55,652 nucleotides of DNA from Macrostomum lignano (Eukaryota): assembly GCA_002269645.1 (NCBI GenBank), contig NIVC01004201.1, positions 1-55,652 of the forward strand. Reading direction: 5' to 3'. This document shows, in pieces, positions 10,701 to 23,884 of this stretch (the first letter of the stretch is position 1; every line of letters starts with the position of its first letter). The position numbers were made by a program, and so were the translations under genes. Below the pieces are notes generated by a model. The model did not search any database. It was not told the origin of the DNA and saw only the letters and a program-made list of their open reading frames with translations.

Positions 10701-13267
10701 CCTATATCAGTGTTATGGGTAGGCTAAAGCGCAGACCTAAAACGCGATTTCACGTCCGCGGAAACTGTCTATGGTTGCAACCCGCATAGAGTTTGAAGCC
10801 TTCGTCTCCCTTGTATTCTGCCTCACTCTGCCCTCAGAAGGTCTGTATGTCTATGGTAAAAATACATCCTGAAAAAGACCATCGCATCATAGATCGTACA
10901 TTCCCTACATAGGTCACTCTCAATGCATTCAATAGGAAAAGAACGACCAAGAAAATTGCCAGATAAATTTAATTAAGCCGACAAGTCTGAGGCACAGATA
11001 CTAAAATAACTACTCAGCACATTTGCGTGTAAGCTACTTTCAGTTCAGTAGTAAGTTAAACTGAATCATTTTAATGTATTTTTAAAGACGAGGCCCATTT
11101 ATTGGCCCAAAGCTTAAGCCCTCAAACTCCGCACAGAACTTCTAGCTCGTACCCCAACACGCCACCTAATTTTTATTGCCTTCCTCGGAATTCCAGCCTA
11201 AAGGTGCCATGTAGGACTGGCCAATGTACATCATTGCTGAACCAATTAGCAAGTTGTTTACGCCTGCAAGCTTTGGGCTTCTAAACTTATCAAAGTCATC
11301 TCAGCTGCCTTTGTTCTTTTAAAATAGCTTATGAATTTTTCTTTACTACTTAACTGAAAGTAGAAAGCTGTTTTACTAAGTATATATGTCTGAGTGGCCC
11401 ATCTACTTATTCTAGGAGCGTATTATGGGCTATCTGTGTTCTGAGGTTTAACGTTTCTTGTATTTCGTTTACATGTTTAACTGTTTTGTTTGAATAACAA
11501 GTTTTCATTCGCTGATTCAAGTGAAATATACATCATTTGCAAGCGTTATACTAGAAATAGCTAAAGATACCTTTAAAAATCCCTTGATACGCGAACAAGC
11601 TACTGACCTGATACCCTGGTCGCAAAATTCAAGAAAGACGAAGGATCTAGGGGCATGCTTGTCGTCGCTGAGTGGCTTATCTAGGGAATATAAGATCTGT
11701 AGACAATCGTAGGGATTTAAGGAGAAGATATAGCATAGATTAAGGCGTATATTTATTTTATTTAAAATAAAATAATGAAATAATGACGATCAAGTTTTCA
11801 TTAAACCATCGCTGTGCGAAATTAATACAATGACGTTGCTCAAAAGGCATGTTTAATCTTCTACGTAAAAGATAGAGATTTCCGGGGTGTAAGTGCCTTT
11901 TGCAACCAGAAAATCGGCCATAGACATGAAGAATCGAATAGGAATATTGGGGACATAGCCATAGACAAGTTTTATCAAGAAAAAGATCACTGCTCGATGC
12001 ATTAATTCCTTAGCTCCTCAGCTATATCACAATGTATGATTATCAAGAGGTCACGATTCACACACAACCGCCATAGCGTCGAGGCCGGTAGGCCGACATG
12101 TGTACAATCTGTTTATTCAGCTCTGTTGTATTGCATAAAAAATATCCTCACAAACGCATTGATACAGGAATATACAGATTGCTTTTCTGCAAATGGGTAT
12201 ATCCAAATATAACCCGTTGGGAATATCCAAAGATGGGGGGGCGGCTTGACCATAGACTATTCGCAGATAAGCAATCTGTTGTATTCCTGTTTCGATGCCT
12301 GAAAGGCGCGCAAAAATTTACTTAGTTCACAATTTCCGTCGACGCAATCGTTTGTGGTCCAAACGAAACTAGACACAATTTGATTTGATTTGCCTGACTA
12401 TACAAAATGCCAGAAGAAAGACGCATCAATCAATGAATCTGGTGTAGAAGAATAGCAAATGACGCATGGAACGAACAGGCCACCAGGGTCTGGTTGGAGT
12501 CCGCACGTACAAGCGGACCATTCTCAATCCTTTAATTACTTCAATTAAATTGAATCAATCCTTCCAATACCATAGAGTGCATCTAAGTCCGCATGAATCA
12601 AACAAAAGTCTAAGTCAAAACTTTCATTTGCATGTAATGCCCTCAAATTTGCAAGTTTTGTTTTCAACAAGTTTCTGATTATATTAGGGACGAGATTCTA
12701 CAGAGAATCCAAAAAATAATTCTTAAAATTTTATCCAATAACAGCGAACGGTAGATCATCTTTGAGGTAGACCCAAAGTCATGCAGCAACTAAAGGACGC
12801 GAGAGGGCCTTTACACTGCAAAAAGTACACAACAGTCCGCCATCAGTTTCCGAAATAGAAGGGTAATATCTATCACTAACTCTCTCCCACGAAGAAGAAC
12901 AGAGCACACAGTTTGTCTATGGCCATTAATCAATTACCCAATAAAGTTTCATAGACGCCTACAATAGTACTTGTTGCTTCGATATATTAAAAGCCGGAGC
13001 ATTAAAGCCGGCCCACTATGCTCAAGTCACTTTTGCGCCTGCTAGCAAAACAAAGTGTCGTAGCGGGGTTGCACGGTGACTTCTGTCTATGGCACAAACC
13101 AGCGTACAAAGAAAGGCGATCGTCTTTCTAAGCTCTGAGCTTGTTTTTTTAATTGAAACAAGCGACTATTGTTATTGAGCTATCTAGGTCTGTCCGTTTG
13201 CTAAGCATCAAAATTTATTTTATTGAACAGTTCTAAGTATTGCAGCAGAAGTCAGAAGTAAGCTAGT

Positions 13268-14494
13268 ATGATTTTTTTAGCAAAATGTTGTGCATCTTCA
13301 TGGAAAATAAGCCATCGCCAGCTGGCAATATTTACTATAGTTGCTACGCTGAGTCTCTACTATGTCTTCATCCTGTGGTCATGGAGTAGGAACGAAAAAG
13401 TGTGCAAGCAGATGAACATTGCTGCAAGGCCAAGACGTCAACTACCGAATCTGCCGTCTCCTGAATTCTACATCCAGAAGCTGAGAAGACAGACGCCGCC
13501 TCGTGGTGACAAGTTCGATCCTCGGATAAATGAGACCGAGCTGAGAGCCGCTGTGAAACTGATATGGGCGTTTCTGGACCTGTGCGAGAAGCACGGCCTC
13601 CAGGTGATGTTGGATTCTGGAACTCTTCTGGGCTCCTACCGATACCACGGCTTCATGCCATGGGATGATGATTTTGACGTGTTTCTCAAATGGGCTGACA
13701 ATAAGAAGCTGTTAAAGGCGCTGAATGGGTGAGTCATCACTAAGTGCAAACTTTTTTATGGCCTGCATGGTCCAATGAAGCACGACGATTTTTCTTGGAC
13801 AAAATTTGTCGCTAGCAAAGATTATTCTTGCAATAGCTGTCCCATATCACCAGTTGCAAAGATTGAATACTTTGCAACTTGTATTTGTTATCCGAGTGTC
13901 CGAGAAGATTGTGTCCACATTAAGAAATCAGTTCAACTAATTAAGAATTTAGGCCCTTCATGGATATTAGATAATTTCGTAATAACTATATTTATGACAA
14001 AATCCCTTAGACATCCGGATTTTAATCTGAAAGACGTCGGTTTGTGGAAAGTTTCGCTCAAGTCTGCTTGTCTACACGTGGACGTGAGCGGCTGCTGGCC
14101 CTTCATCGACGTGGCATTCTACGAGGTGCAGGGCAGCTGGATGGTGCAAAAGTTCGGCAGATTTTACGCACCAACAAAGTACACGTTTCCGTTGCACAAG
14201 CGACCGTTCATGGGCCGCTGGGTGGACTCACCCAGGGATACAGAAAAATTTCTTGAATACTTATATTTTGGATTTTGGCCACTCGACTGGTGCTTAACAT
14301 CGACGTATTCTCACAAATATGAAAAGTCAATTTATTCTCGCGCTTTCATAAAATGTTCGAAGCTCCACGAGACCTACCCTTTTGTGATTCGTGTCCCGGA
14401 CACGGAAACATGGTGTGCCGGCGTCGTGGGGACGTTGAAGCTTCCGAACGGCGAAACGGTTTACTCTGTGATGGTTGATGAGCCGGTGGCTTGA
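13268..14494 (+). CDS. LicD/fukutin-family phosphotransferase, type II membrane protein (exons 13268-13728 and 14011-14494, ~314 aa)
   Basis: N-terminal TM segment; LicD motif DSGTLLGSYRYHGFMPWDDDFDV; WPFIDV; phase-2 GTGAG...CTTAG intron joins the two ORF-track pieces in frame. Confidence 0.88.
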
Positions 14495-15806
14495 TGAGAA
14501 CTTATCAAAGAGAATATTCTGCTACTATTAATAATTAAGGTGACGGAAGATGGAGCTGCTTATGGTACGTGAATGCAGTTTAGTATTTCTACAATACATG
14601 TCCTCTTTGGCGTGTCATTACATTGAGAACACCAGTTTTTAAGAAATCTATTGATAACAATAAGATTTGTATTGGTTTAACTTTTCCCTCTTATAATAAA
14701 TTATCTTTTACAGATATATATTGCTCAATTTAGTATAGAGACAAACATTATATGTAGTTTGAGGATATACGAGGGTAGACATAAGACGTAGAGGTAACTG
14801 AATATTCATGCCCTTTTTCTCCCCTAATGTTTATTTAATAACTCTTTAAACTGGTTTTAGCGTAGCTTAATACAAACTGGCTTCGTTTTTCTTCATTGTT
14901 GTCGTTAATTCCGTTAATTACTGTATATTGTATGCCGCATGCCCTATAAATTGTCATACAAAGCTATGAATTACAGTCAATTGTGCGAATTTGACTCATA
15001 AAATACGTTTTTTGTGTTTTCGGTAATACTGTTCTCTAGCCTCTGCTATAGCTACTCTTAATGAACATTCGACTCGCTTAAAGCTAATTATAATTCAGCT
15101 CATAGTCCTTTTTGAATTTAATATGCTTAAGATTTAATGTTGAGAATCCTGAAATCAAATCTTATCGAACATACGGTCTGAACAGTAGACACATGTGTGC
15201 GTTTTATTCTTGTAAAGAAGCGCAAGAGACATTCAAAATTTGAATGGGGCACCCATCCTAGGTAAACATTATCCACATCTGGATTCTTGTAATGCATTAA
15301 AGCGAGTCGAGGAAATATAAGTGGAAGTAAATAAGTACATCTACAGCCAACGTTTTGCGATCTTCCAAAATTGAAGGTTCTCTGGACAGGGGCACAACTT
15401 CATTTGTTCATGGTTAACCTTATTACTTTGTCTATAGGCTAAGTTTAGCTTTCAAAACCTTACCCAGGTTAGAATGTGCTGTTTTACTCGGATACTGTCT
15501 TTATTTTGGTGTTGTTAGTGAGCATCACGCCAAGTGAGCGAGCGGCCCAACCCTCTGGCTTTGCACTAAATCAATGGTCTTTTGGCCATAGACACTCTCA
15601 GCCGGCGGGCAGCAGTGCATATCAAATTTATTGTACCATGACCTTTGTGCCCGCTGGGCACTTATTCTTGCCTTTTAATGCCATAGACTACATTTAAGCC
15701 CGCTTGCAGGAAAGAAATATCGAAATTAGCGGGCAGTTAATGGTATATTCTGGCGCGAGTCGTGTTATTCCAATATCATGCATCCCGACTGCAGAAAAGT
15801 GCATTG

Positions 15807-18800
15807 ACAAGTAGTATGAAGACGCACACGTCTTTTTGCCACCAGTGAACGGGCTTCTTTTTAGACGTGGGTCTTCATACTACTTGATAAACCTAGTTTT
15901 GTACCGATGAAAAAGAACTTTGAGAAGCTCAAGAAAAATGTAAATCTCTACTCCCATTTTCTCTCCTGTCTGTTCTGTTTCCCCCCTCTCCTCTCCTCTC
16001 GCTTCTAGCTCTCGTTTTTCTTATTTCTTATCTCCTCTTAGTCTTATCTCTTCTCTCTCTATTCTCTTTCATTTTCTCTCATCTGATCTGACCCGCAGCC
16101 ATGAGCTGGAATCGAATCTTCTATAATAGGCCCTCGAACTTCTCGAAGGCCTCGATCTAAAAAAATTGTCTAATGACTCTAAGCTAAAGTATCCAGAGCG
16201 TAGCAGGATTATACCACCTCATTAAGCTGGTTGTTTCGGCGCATGATCCTCTTAGCATCAGCTTAAGTGCTTGGAAATGGAAAGTCAGGCCAGTTTTGTG
16301 GAACATAAACCTCGTACTCTCAATCAGATAGTACACACTTAAGAATAATAAGATACCCTAAGCCTCTTCTCCATTAACGGAGTTGCAAAGAAAGCTATAA
16401 ATAGTCTTTCCAAAACACTGTACATAGCTACTTCAGAAGCCGTACCGCTTGACCTTTTAGTCAGGGGGAGGCTTGGAGCTTCCCCCGCCAAACTTTGTAC
16501 TGGGCTTGCAATTCAAATGTGCAGTTAAAGAGCTAAATTTAATACTAAATTCTAATCACGTGACGCCCGTTTATCGATCTAATTTTCCTTGGTCTGTGCG
16601 CGAAGCAAATGAAGCTCTATTGACGCCTCTCCGGTCGAAGCCCACACGCCACAACCCCAGTTAAAAGGGACGGGAGTGTACATTGTATGTACGATTATTC
16701 CTTCCTTCCTTTCCTTTCTAACCAGACTAACTCAGCCCAACGCCAAAGCCATGCAAGCAATCGCATGCAAATGCAAATTATGCAAAGCGGTATGCAGCTT
16801 AATCTGATGAATTTCGATGCAAAAAAGGCATTTTTACATGAAAAAAACATCGAATGGTTATGAAATTCAAGAAATTTGTTAAATTAACTATATGGAACAC
16901 TGTGCATTTGTTTCATTGCAAAATTCCTACCATTTCCAGTTTAAATAGCCCCGGAACTAACGTAAAAGTAAAAAGTCAAGTTTTCAGTTTTTTATCGATA
17001 ATTTTTTACCCAATGAACCGAATCTCTAGAAATTGCACACAAATATGCCTCGTTATGTGGGAAATCAGCCGTCATAAAAATAATGCCATCCTATTGCGTT
17101 TTTTTGCCTGATTTAAAGAAAAATATTAAAAAATCACTACTCTGATCGATTTCCAATCACTTTTGACACATGAGCACTTGTTGCAGACACTCAAAATCTT
17201 GGTCAATTTTAGCCAGACATTAGTACAACTCGTTGCAGTATCCGCATTTGATCTACCATTCTTTTAAAAATTTAATCACCCATTTTTCTGGCACCCAATC
17301 AGCCAAAAATCACAAATTATCGATTTCTGATCGCTTTTTCAACCCGAAAGCAGCGAAATCAGACGGCGGCAATTTAAACCAATATAGTACAGCAACTATG
17401 CTATAGAAATTCGAAATCGGCTTATTCGCACCATGTTCTCAAAATTATAATGAGCAATAATGCGAAAGTCATGTGATTTTTTGAAAAATTATTTTTCTCG
17501 ATTTTCTCAGCACTGGAGAATCGTAGGAAAACAAAACTTTAGACACTTGTAGATTTTTGCATTGCGCATCCAACTGCACTGCTTTGAAGCCGAAACTAAA
17601 AAACCTTTGTAGGAAAAAGTGGCAAAATAATAAAATGAGGGTGACTTTTTTACCCAAAAAACACACCAAAACTGCATAAAGATGGCGAAATAAATCAAAG
17701 CGCCATATACCATTTTGTAGGAAATTTAGTTTTACAACTTTGATCCTCAGATGTCGAAGCCGTATCTCGTAAGGTGTACCAGAATTTTGAGATCTCCTAG
17801 AAGCACTTTTAAAAAAATCGTCTTTCCAGTTAATTTACGGCTTATTTAAAAAATCTCTGCATTTAAAAGTACATTCATTCGATAGATCTAAAAGTTTTCT
17901 ATCGATCGACACCTCACTCAACTCAATCGGTGCAGTGGTTGCAAAACAGGAGCATTTTTTGGCGGAAAAACGTGAAATTTCAAAATGCATTAGAGTCTAA
18001 CTTATTTACTCGTAAATACTTTCTAGCCCATGTCGGCCTTCGGCCGCCATGGGTAGAAATTATTCACTCGCCCTCGGCCCCTGGCGGGGCCTCGGGTTCT
18101 CTCGCTGCTCGTTCACTGGTGGAACTAGGCTACAATCCCCTACTAGGCTACAATTCCCTACTAGGCTACAATCCCCTACAAGTAGTTTGGGCTTCAAAGC
18201 AGTGCAGTTAGATGCGCAATGCAAAAATCTACAAGTGTCTAAAGTTTTGTTTTCCTACGATTCTCCAGTGCTGAGAAAATCGAGAAAAATCGATTTTTCA
18301 AAAAATCACATGACTTTCGCATTATTGCTCATTATAATTTTGAGAACATGGTGCGAATAAGCCGATTTCGAATTTCTATAGCATAGTTGCTGTACTATAT
18401 TGGTTTAAATTGCCGCCGTCTGATTTCGCTGCTTTCGGGTTGAAAAAGCGATCAGAAATCGATAATTTGTGATTTTTGGCTGATTGGGTGCCAGAAAAAT
18501 GGGTGATTAAATTTTTAAAAGAATGGTAGATCAAATGCGGATACTGCAACGAGTTGTACTAATGTCTGGCTAAAATTGACCAAGATTTTGAGTGTCTGCA
18601 ACAAGTGCTCATGTGTCAAAAGTGATTGGAAATCGATCAGAGTAGTGATTTTTTAATATTTTTCTTTAAATCAGGCAAAAAAACGCAATAGGATGGCATT
18701 ATTTTTATGACGGCTGATTTCCCACATAACGAGGCATATTTGTGTGCAATTTCTAGAGATTCGGTTCATTGGGTAAAAAATTATCGATAAAAAACTGAAA

Positions 18801-19976
18801 ACTTGACTTTTTACTTTTACGTTAGTTCCGGGGCTATTTAAACTGGAAATGGTAGGAATTTTGCAATGAAACAAATGCACAGTGTTCCATATAGTTAATT
18901 TAACAAATTTCTTGAATTTCATAACCATTCGATGTTTTTTTCATGTAAAAATGCCTTTTTTGCATCGAAATTCATCAGATTAAGCTGCATACCGCTTTGC
19001 ATAATTTGCATTTGCATGCGATTGCTTGCATGGCTTTGGCGTTGGGCTGAGTTAGTCTGGTTAGAAAGGAAAGGAAGGAAGGAATAATCGTACATACAAT
19101 GTACACTCCCGTCCCTTTTAACTGGGGTTGTGGCGTGTGGGCTTCGACCGGAGAGGCGTCAATAGAGCTTCATTTGCTTCGCGCACAGACCAAGGAAAAT
19201 TAGATCGATAAACGGGCGTCACGTGATTAGAATTTAGTATTAAATTTAGCTCTTTAACTGCACATTTGAATTGCAAGCCCAGTACAAAGTTTGGCGGGGG
19301 GAAGCTCCAAGCCTCCCCCTGACTAAAAGGTCAAGCGGTACGGCTTCTGAAGTAGCTATGTACAGTGTTTTGGAAAGACTATTTATAGCTTTCTTTGCAA
19401 CTCCGTTAATGGAGAAGAGGCTTAGGGTATCTTATTATTCTTAAGTGTGTACTATCTGATTGAGAGTACGAGGTTTATGTTCCACAAAACTGGCCTGACT
19501 TTCCATTTCCAAGCACTTAAGCTGATGCTAAGAGGATCATGCGCCGAAACAACCAGCTTAATGAGGTGGTATAATCCTGCTACGCTCTGGATACTTTAGC
19601 TTAGAGTCATTAGACAATTTTTTTAGATCGAGGCCTTCGAGAAGTTCGAGGGCCTATTATAGAAGATTCGATTCCAGCTCATGGCTGCGGGTCAGATCAG
19701 ATGAGAGAAAATGAAAGAGAATAGAGAGAGAAGAGATAAGACTAAGAGGAGATAAGAAATAAGAAAAACGAGAGCTAGAAGCGAGAGGAGAGGAGAGGGG
19801 GGAAACAGAACAGACAGGAGAGAAAATGGGAGTAGAGATTTACATTTTTCTTGAGCTTCTCAAAGTTCTTTTTCATCGGTACAAAACTAGGTTTATCAAG
19901 TAGTATGAAGACCCACGTCTAAAAAGAAGCCCGTTCACTGGTGGCAAAAAGACGTGTGCGTCTTCATACTACTTGT
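15807..19976. repeat. 4.17-kb inverted repeat: arms 15807-17598 and 18183-19976 (~1.79 kb each) around a ~585-bp spacer
   Basis: Arms are reverse complements with few visible mismatches; the ORF track shows mirror-image identical ORFs (16854+ and 18928-). No TSD found. Confidence 0.93.
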
Positions 19977-20139
19977 TGTTTATGATCGAGAAAGACAATA
20001 ACACGCAGTCTCAGTAGAATCTGTATAGTTCAATTTTGTTATGTCATTTATCTCTCCCTCGCTGCCTTCTGATTGGCTCTCAGTTCTCACCTCTTTCCTC
20101 AGTTGCGGAAACCACCCCACCCCTGTCTTATCTTGCACC

Positions 20140-20620
20140 CCCCTCCAGTATATTTGAATAAATATACCCGTTTAGGCCCTGCGCTTCGCTATCGTTTTTT
20201 CCGAAGCCTCTTCAAGGACAACCTGAAAACCGTACCGTTTCTCCGAGAAGACCGCTCGAGGATATCGATTCCTTCAAGAATTTATGAAGAATCTGAGTGC
20301 GAAGGCCGGTCTAAGCAAAGTCTACACTAATCACTGTATTAGGTAAGTAAATTTCGTTTTCCGATATGGTATATAAATACGAGCTAGTTTTAAATAGTTC
20401 ATATAAAATTACTTTCCTTTGATTCTCCCACAGAGTCACTTGAGTGTGTGATCTAGTCGCCGCTGGCCATTCGCTGCAAGACATACTCGTAATGCTTATT
20501 ACCGGCCAGAAATGTGAAAAGACGGTCAAAAAGTATTTAACCAGGCGCCGGGACCGCAGTCCGTTCAGGAGTTCCAAGGCAGTGAACTGTGCACTAAGCC
20601 GGCATATTCCAAGCACAAGC
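20140..20620 (+). pseudogene. Crypton-like tyrosine recombinase C-terminal remnant with an intron (20343-20433)
   Basis: Spliced frame MKNLSAKAGLSKVYTNHCIR|VT*VCDLVAAGHSLQDI...ITGQKCEKTVKKY matches the Crypton/DUF3504 pattern AGL...TNHSxRAT...AG...TGH...Y. In-frame TGA at 20441. Confidence 0.7.
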
Positions 20621-21501
20621 ACAATGCCGTCCAATGAGGCGTCTTTCTCTGCTAATGCGAGCGGCTCTATCAGTTCTACTGTCTGCGCGCAAGTGATGAC
20701 GAACCGGTTCCTCGGCCAGTTCATATCGAGGCCTGTCCGACCAAGAATATTCGTGTTAGCATTGACGGCAACAACAATTTGTTTAACATTGTGTTTGAGT
20801 AAGGCGTATCTATCAAAAAGACTAATTCTTCGAGAGAAACTATGGCTTTAGACATTTCCCCCTCATGTTCATGCTATAAGTAGTTGTTGTTTATAACTTA
20901 TAATTATAAATTAAAAAATATTCATTTAATGATTAATATTTGGGTCATCTAATAAACTCGTTAAACTAATGTTTTTGTCTATATGGACAATAGCACGCAT
21001 CCCGCGTGCGTGTTAATGGGTAGTGAAATGCTTGTCAATGACATTTAACGCCCGATTATTCTGTCCCACTTTGTCAAGGCATGGGTATACCTTCTGCTTC
21101 CTATTTGGTTTTTTCATCATTCAAATTGGTGCGTGGCCGTCAGCAGTCTGACGTGGCAGCGTAGTAGAGATTCTGCATAGAGAAACCATAGAAAGCCATA
21201 GACAACAGAAATCAATTTGGTTTTAACTGCGAGCAATTTGGGCCATAGCTGAAAGGCAAAGCTAAAGCAAAGAATGGCGCAGAGAGGACTATACGCTAAA
21301 ATCCGTCTGGTGGACAGAGAGAGGATAGCGAATGCATACGTGACGTGAAATAAACCAAATTGGTCGCGAAAAAAAGCAAATTTCTCGGTGACTTCAGTTC
21401 TTAGTCTACGGTGAACATGACTTCTGCTGGGCTATTTGCAACGCACCAAATTGGACGCAGTAAAAACCAAATATGAAGCAAAAAGGTATATTAATGTACT
21501 A

Positions 21502-21720
21502 CACCTTTTCACGTACAATTTTGATCAAAGTCCAGTTCTAAAAAAACCAGCAGAAATTCAATTCAGACTGAGGATAATTTTGTTTACACTGGTTAAACCT
21601 TACTTCGGTTAGAATGTTTTGAACTGGGGTTAGATTGGGCCCCAGTCTAAATTGTCTGAATTGAATTTCCGCTAGTTTTTTTAGAACTGGACTTTGATCA
21701 AAATTGAACGTGAAAAGGTG
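21502..21720. mobile_element. 219-bp MITE-like element with ~65-bp TIRs
   Basis: CACCTTTTCACGT.CAATTTTGATCAAAGTCCAGTTCTAAAAAAAC is inverted at 21654-21720. No clear TSD. Confidence 0.7.
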
Positions 21721-22222
21721 GATCTTTTCCCGCGGCTGATGTCTATGGCCAACCCTTATTCTATCCAGAAAGCGATGTAAATTTCTAAAATCACCTATAC
21801 TTTTTGTAACACAGTATAAATGTGTAAAAGTTTGCATTTAACGCAAAAAGTGTGCTTAGCTCGTAAATGGCTCGTGAACGCGTATTAGTTAGAGTCATAT
21901 AATTCGCAAGAAATCTATTTTGATTACAATACTACTCATTTTTTGAGCACTCCTGACCAAGACATTTAAGAACTCAGAACCAAGTATCTGAATCCTATAT
22001 TTATTCGCGATTGCTGCTCGAGGTACATCAGTGCAGTCTATATATTTCATCAGCCTTACCCATAATTAGTAATTCGCCAGTCTAATGTTGGAAAATACGG
22101 GTCAAGTTATTCTATGGCTGCACTGATTCATAGGTGTCAATCAGAGGAAATACAAAGTGGGATTAAATTCATTCGTAAGGGAAGTTGAGCATTCGTACAA
22201 TAAAAAGCACTAAAGCTGAGAA

Positions 22223-23400
22223 ATGGCGGCCATTGTGAAATCTGCCCAACTTCTGGTCAAGGCCTGCTGCCTGCTGCTGATGCTGCTGACTGCCCGCGCG
22301 ACTGGCTGCATGTCCCTCGGCTCCAGTGAGTGGCCGCTGGATACCTTTGTGCCGCTTATTGGGAGACGGACTGGCAGTGAGGGACTGGCAGTGAGAGAGA
22401 GAGACTGGCAGTGAGAGGGAGAGACTGGCAGCGAGAGGGAGAGACTGGCAGCGAGAGGGAGAGACTGGCAGCGAGAGGGAGAGACTGGCAGCGAGAGGGA
22501 GAGACTGGCAGTGAGAGGGAGAGACTGGCAGTGAGAGGGAGAGACTGGCAGTGAGAGGGAGAGACTGGCAGCGAGAGGGAGAGACTGGCAGCGAGAGGGA
22601 GAGACTGGCAGTGAGAGGGAGAGACTGGCAGCGAGAGGGAGAGACTGGCAGTGAGAGAGAGAGACTGGCAGTGAGAGGGAGAGACTGGCAGCGAGAGGGA
22701 GAGACTGGCAGCGAGAGGGAGAGACTGGCAGTGAGAGGGAGAGACTGGCAGCGAGAGGGAGAGACTGGCAGCGAGAGGGAGAGACTGGCAGCGAGAGGGA
22801 GAGACTGGCAGCGAGAGGGAGAGACTGGCAGCGAGAGGGAGAGACTGGCAGCGAGAGGGAGAGACTGGCAGCGAGAGTGAGAGACTGGCAGCGAGAGGGA
22901 GAGACTGGCAGCGAGAGGGAGAGACTGGCAGCGAGAGTGAGAGACTGGCAGCGAGAGGGAGAGACTGGCAGCGAGAGTGAGAGACTGGCAGCGAGAGGGA
23001 GAGACTGGCAGCGAGAGGGAGAGACTGGCAGCGAGAGGGAGAGACTGGCAGCGAGAGGGAGAGACTGGCAGCGAGAGGGAGAGACTGGCAGCGAGAGGGA
23101 GAGACTGGCAGCGAGAGTGAGAGACTGGCAGCGAGAGGGAGAGACTGGCAGCGAGAGGGAGAGACTGGCAGCGAGAGTGAGAGACTGGCAGCGAGAGGGA
23201 GAGACTGGCAGCGAGAGTGAGAGACTGGCAGTGAGAGGGAGAGACTGGCAGCGAGAGGGAGAGACTGGCAGTGAGAGGCAGTCAGTCCCCAGACTCAGCA
23301 CGCCAGCCGCTCCGCCATTGCAGTGATCGGAGACTACATCGGAGACACCATCGTCACCAAGGGCGTGTCATATGCCACCAGTGTGGACAAACGCGGCTGA
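22223..23400 (+). CDS. Candidate two-exon secreted peptide precursor (22223-22325 + 23324-23400, 59 aa)
   Basis: Hydrophobic signal (ACCLLLMLLTARATG), canonical GTGAGT donor in phase 1, and acceptor CCATTGCAG give mature CMSLGSMIGDYIGDTIVTKGVSYATSVDKRG*. Other acceptors are possible. Confidence 0.55.
22362..23280. repeat. 20-bp minisatellite (GAGACTGGCAGCGAGAGGGA)n inside the inferred intron
   Basis: Direct tandem repeat; shares the GAGACTGGCA core with the 14-bp satellite downstream. Confidence 0.95.
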
Positions 23401-23884
23401 TAAAAGAAGCTCTGAGTCGGAACTGTTGCAACTCAACTGTACAAAGCTGTCAGTTAATTTACACTACTTTCTACTAGGAGTAGTGTAAAATAAGCGACTT
23501 TTTGTTAGTTTAAATTTTAAGTAAGTAGATTTATAAAAGCCTTCTATAGAGGCAGGAACAGCAAGGCTAGGTATCTTTAAAAAAGAATTACAAGCATCTC
23601 TTAAGTCCGTACCACTACTTAGATTATTTTTTAAAGTTTGCAAAATACCTGTATTTAAAGTGTGACTTCATTTTTACGCTTTATGTGTAATGATAGTAAT
23701 ATGGATGCATTTTTTAGAATTTTCGCTTGCTGTACGCTCGTATGGGTTATATATACTACTGTAGAAATTCTTTTTAAGTAGAATTTCCTATATCTCACCA
23801 TTTGGAGTTCCGAATTTAAAATGAAGCAAGCAGAAAGGAGAGAGAGAGGGAGGCAGAGAGAGAGTTAAAAAAGTAGGAAAGGGA

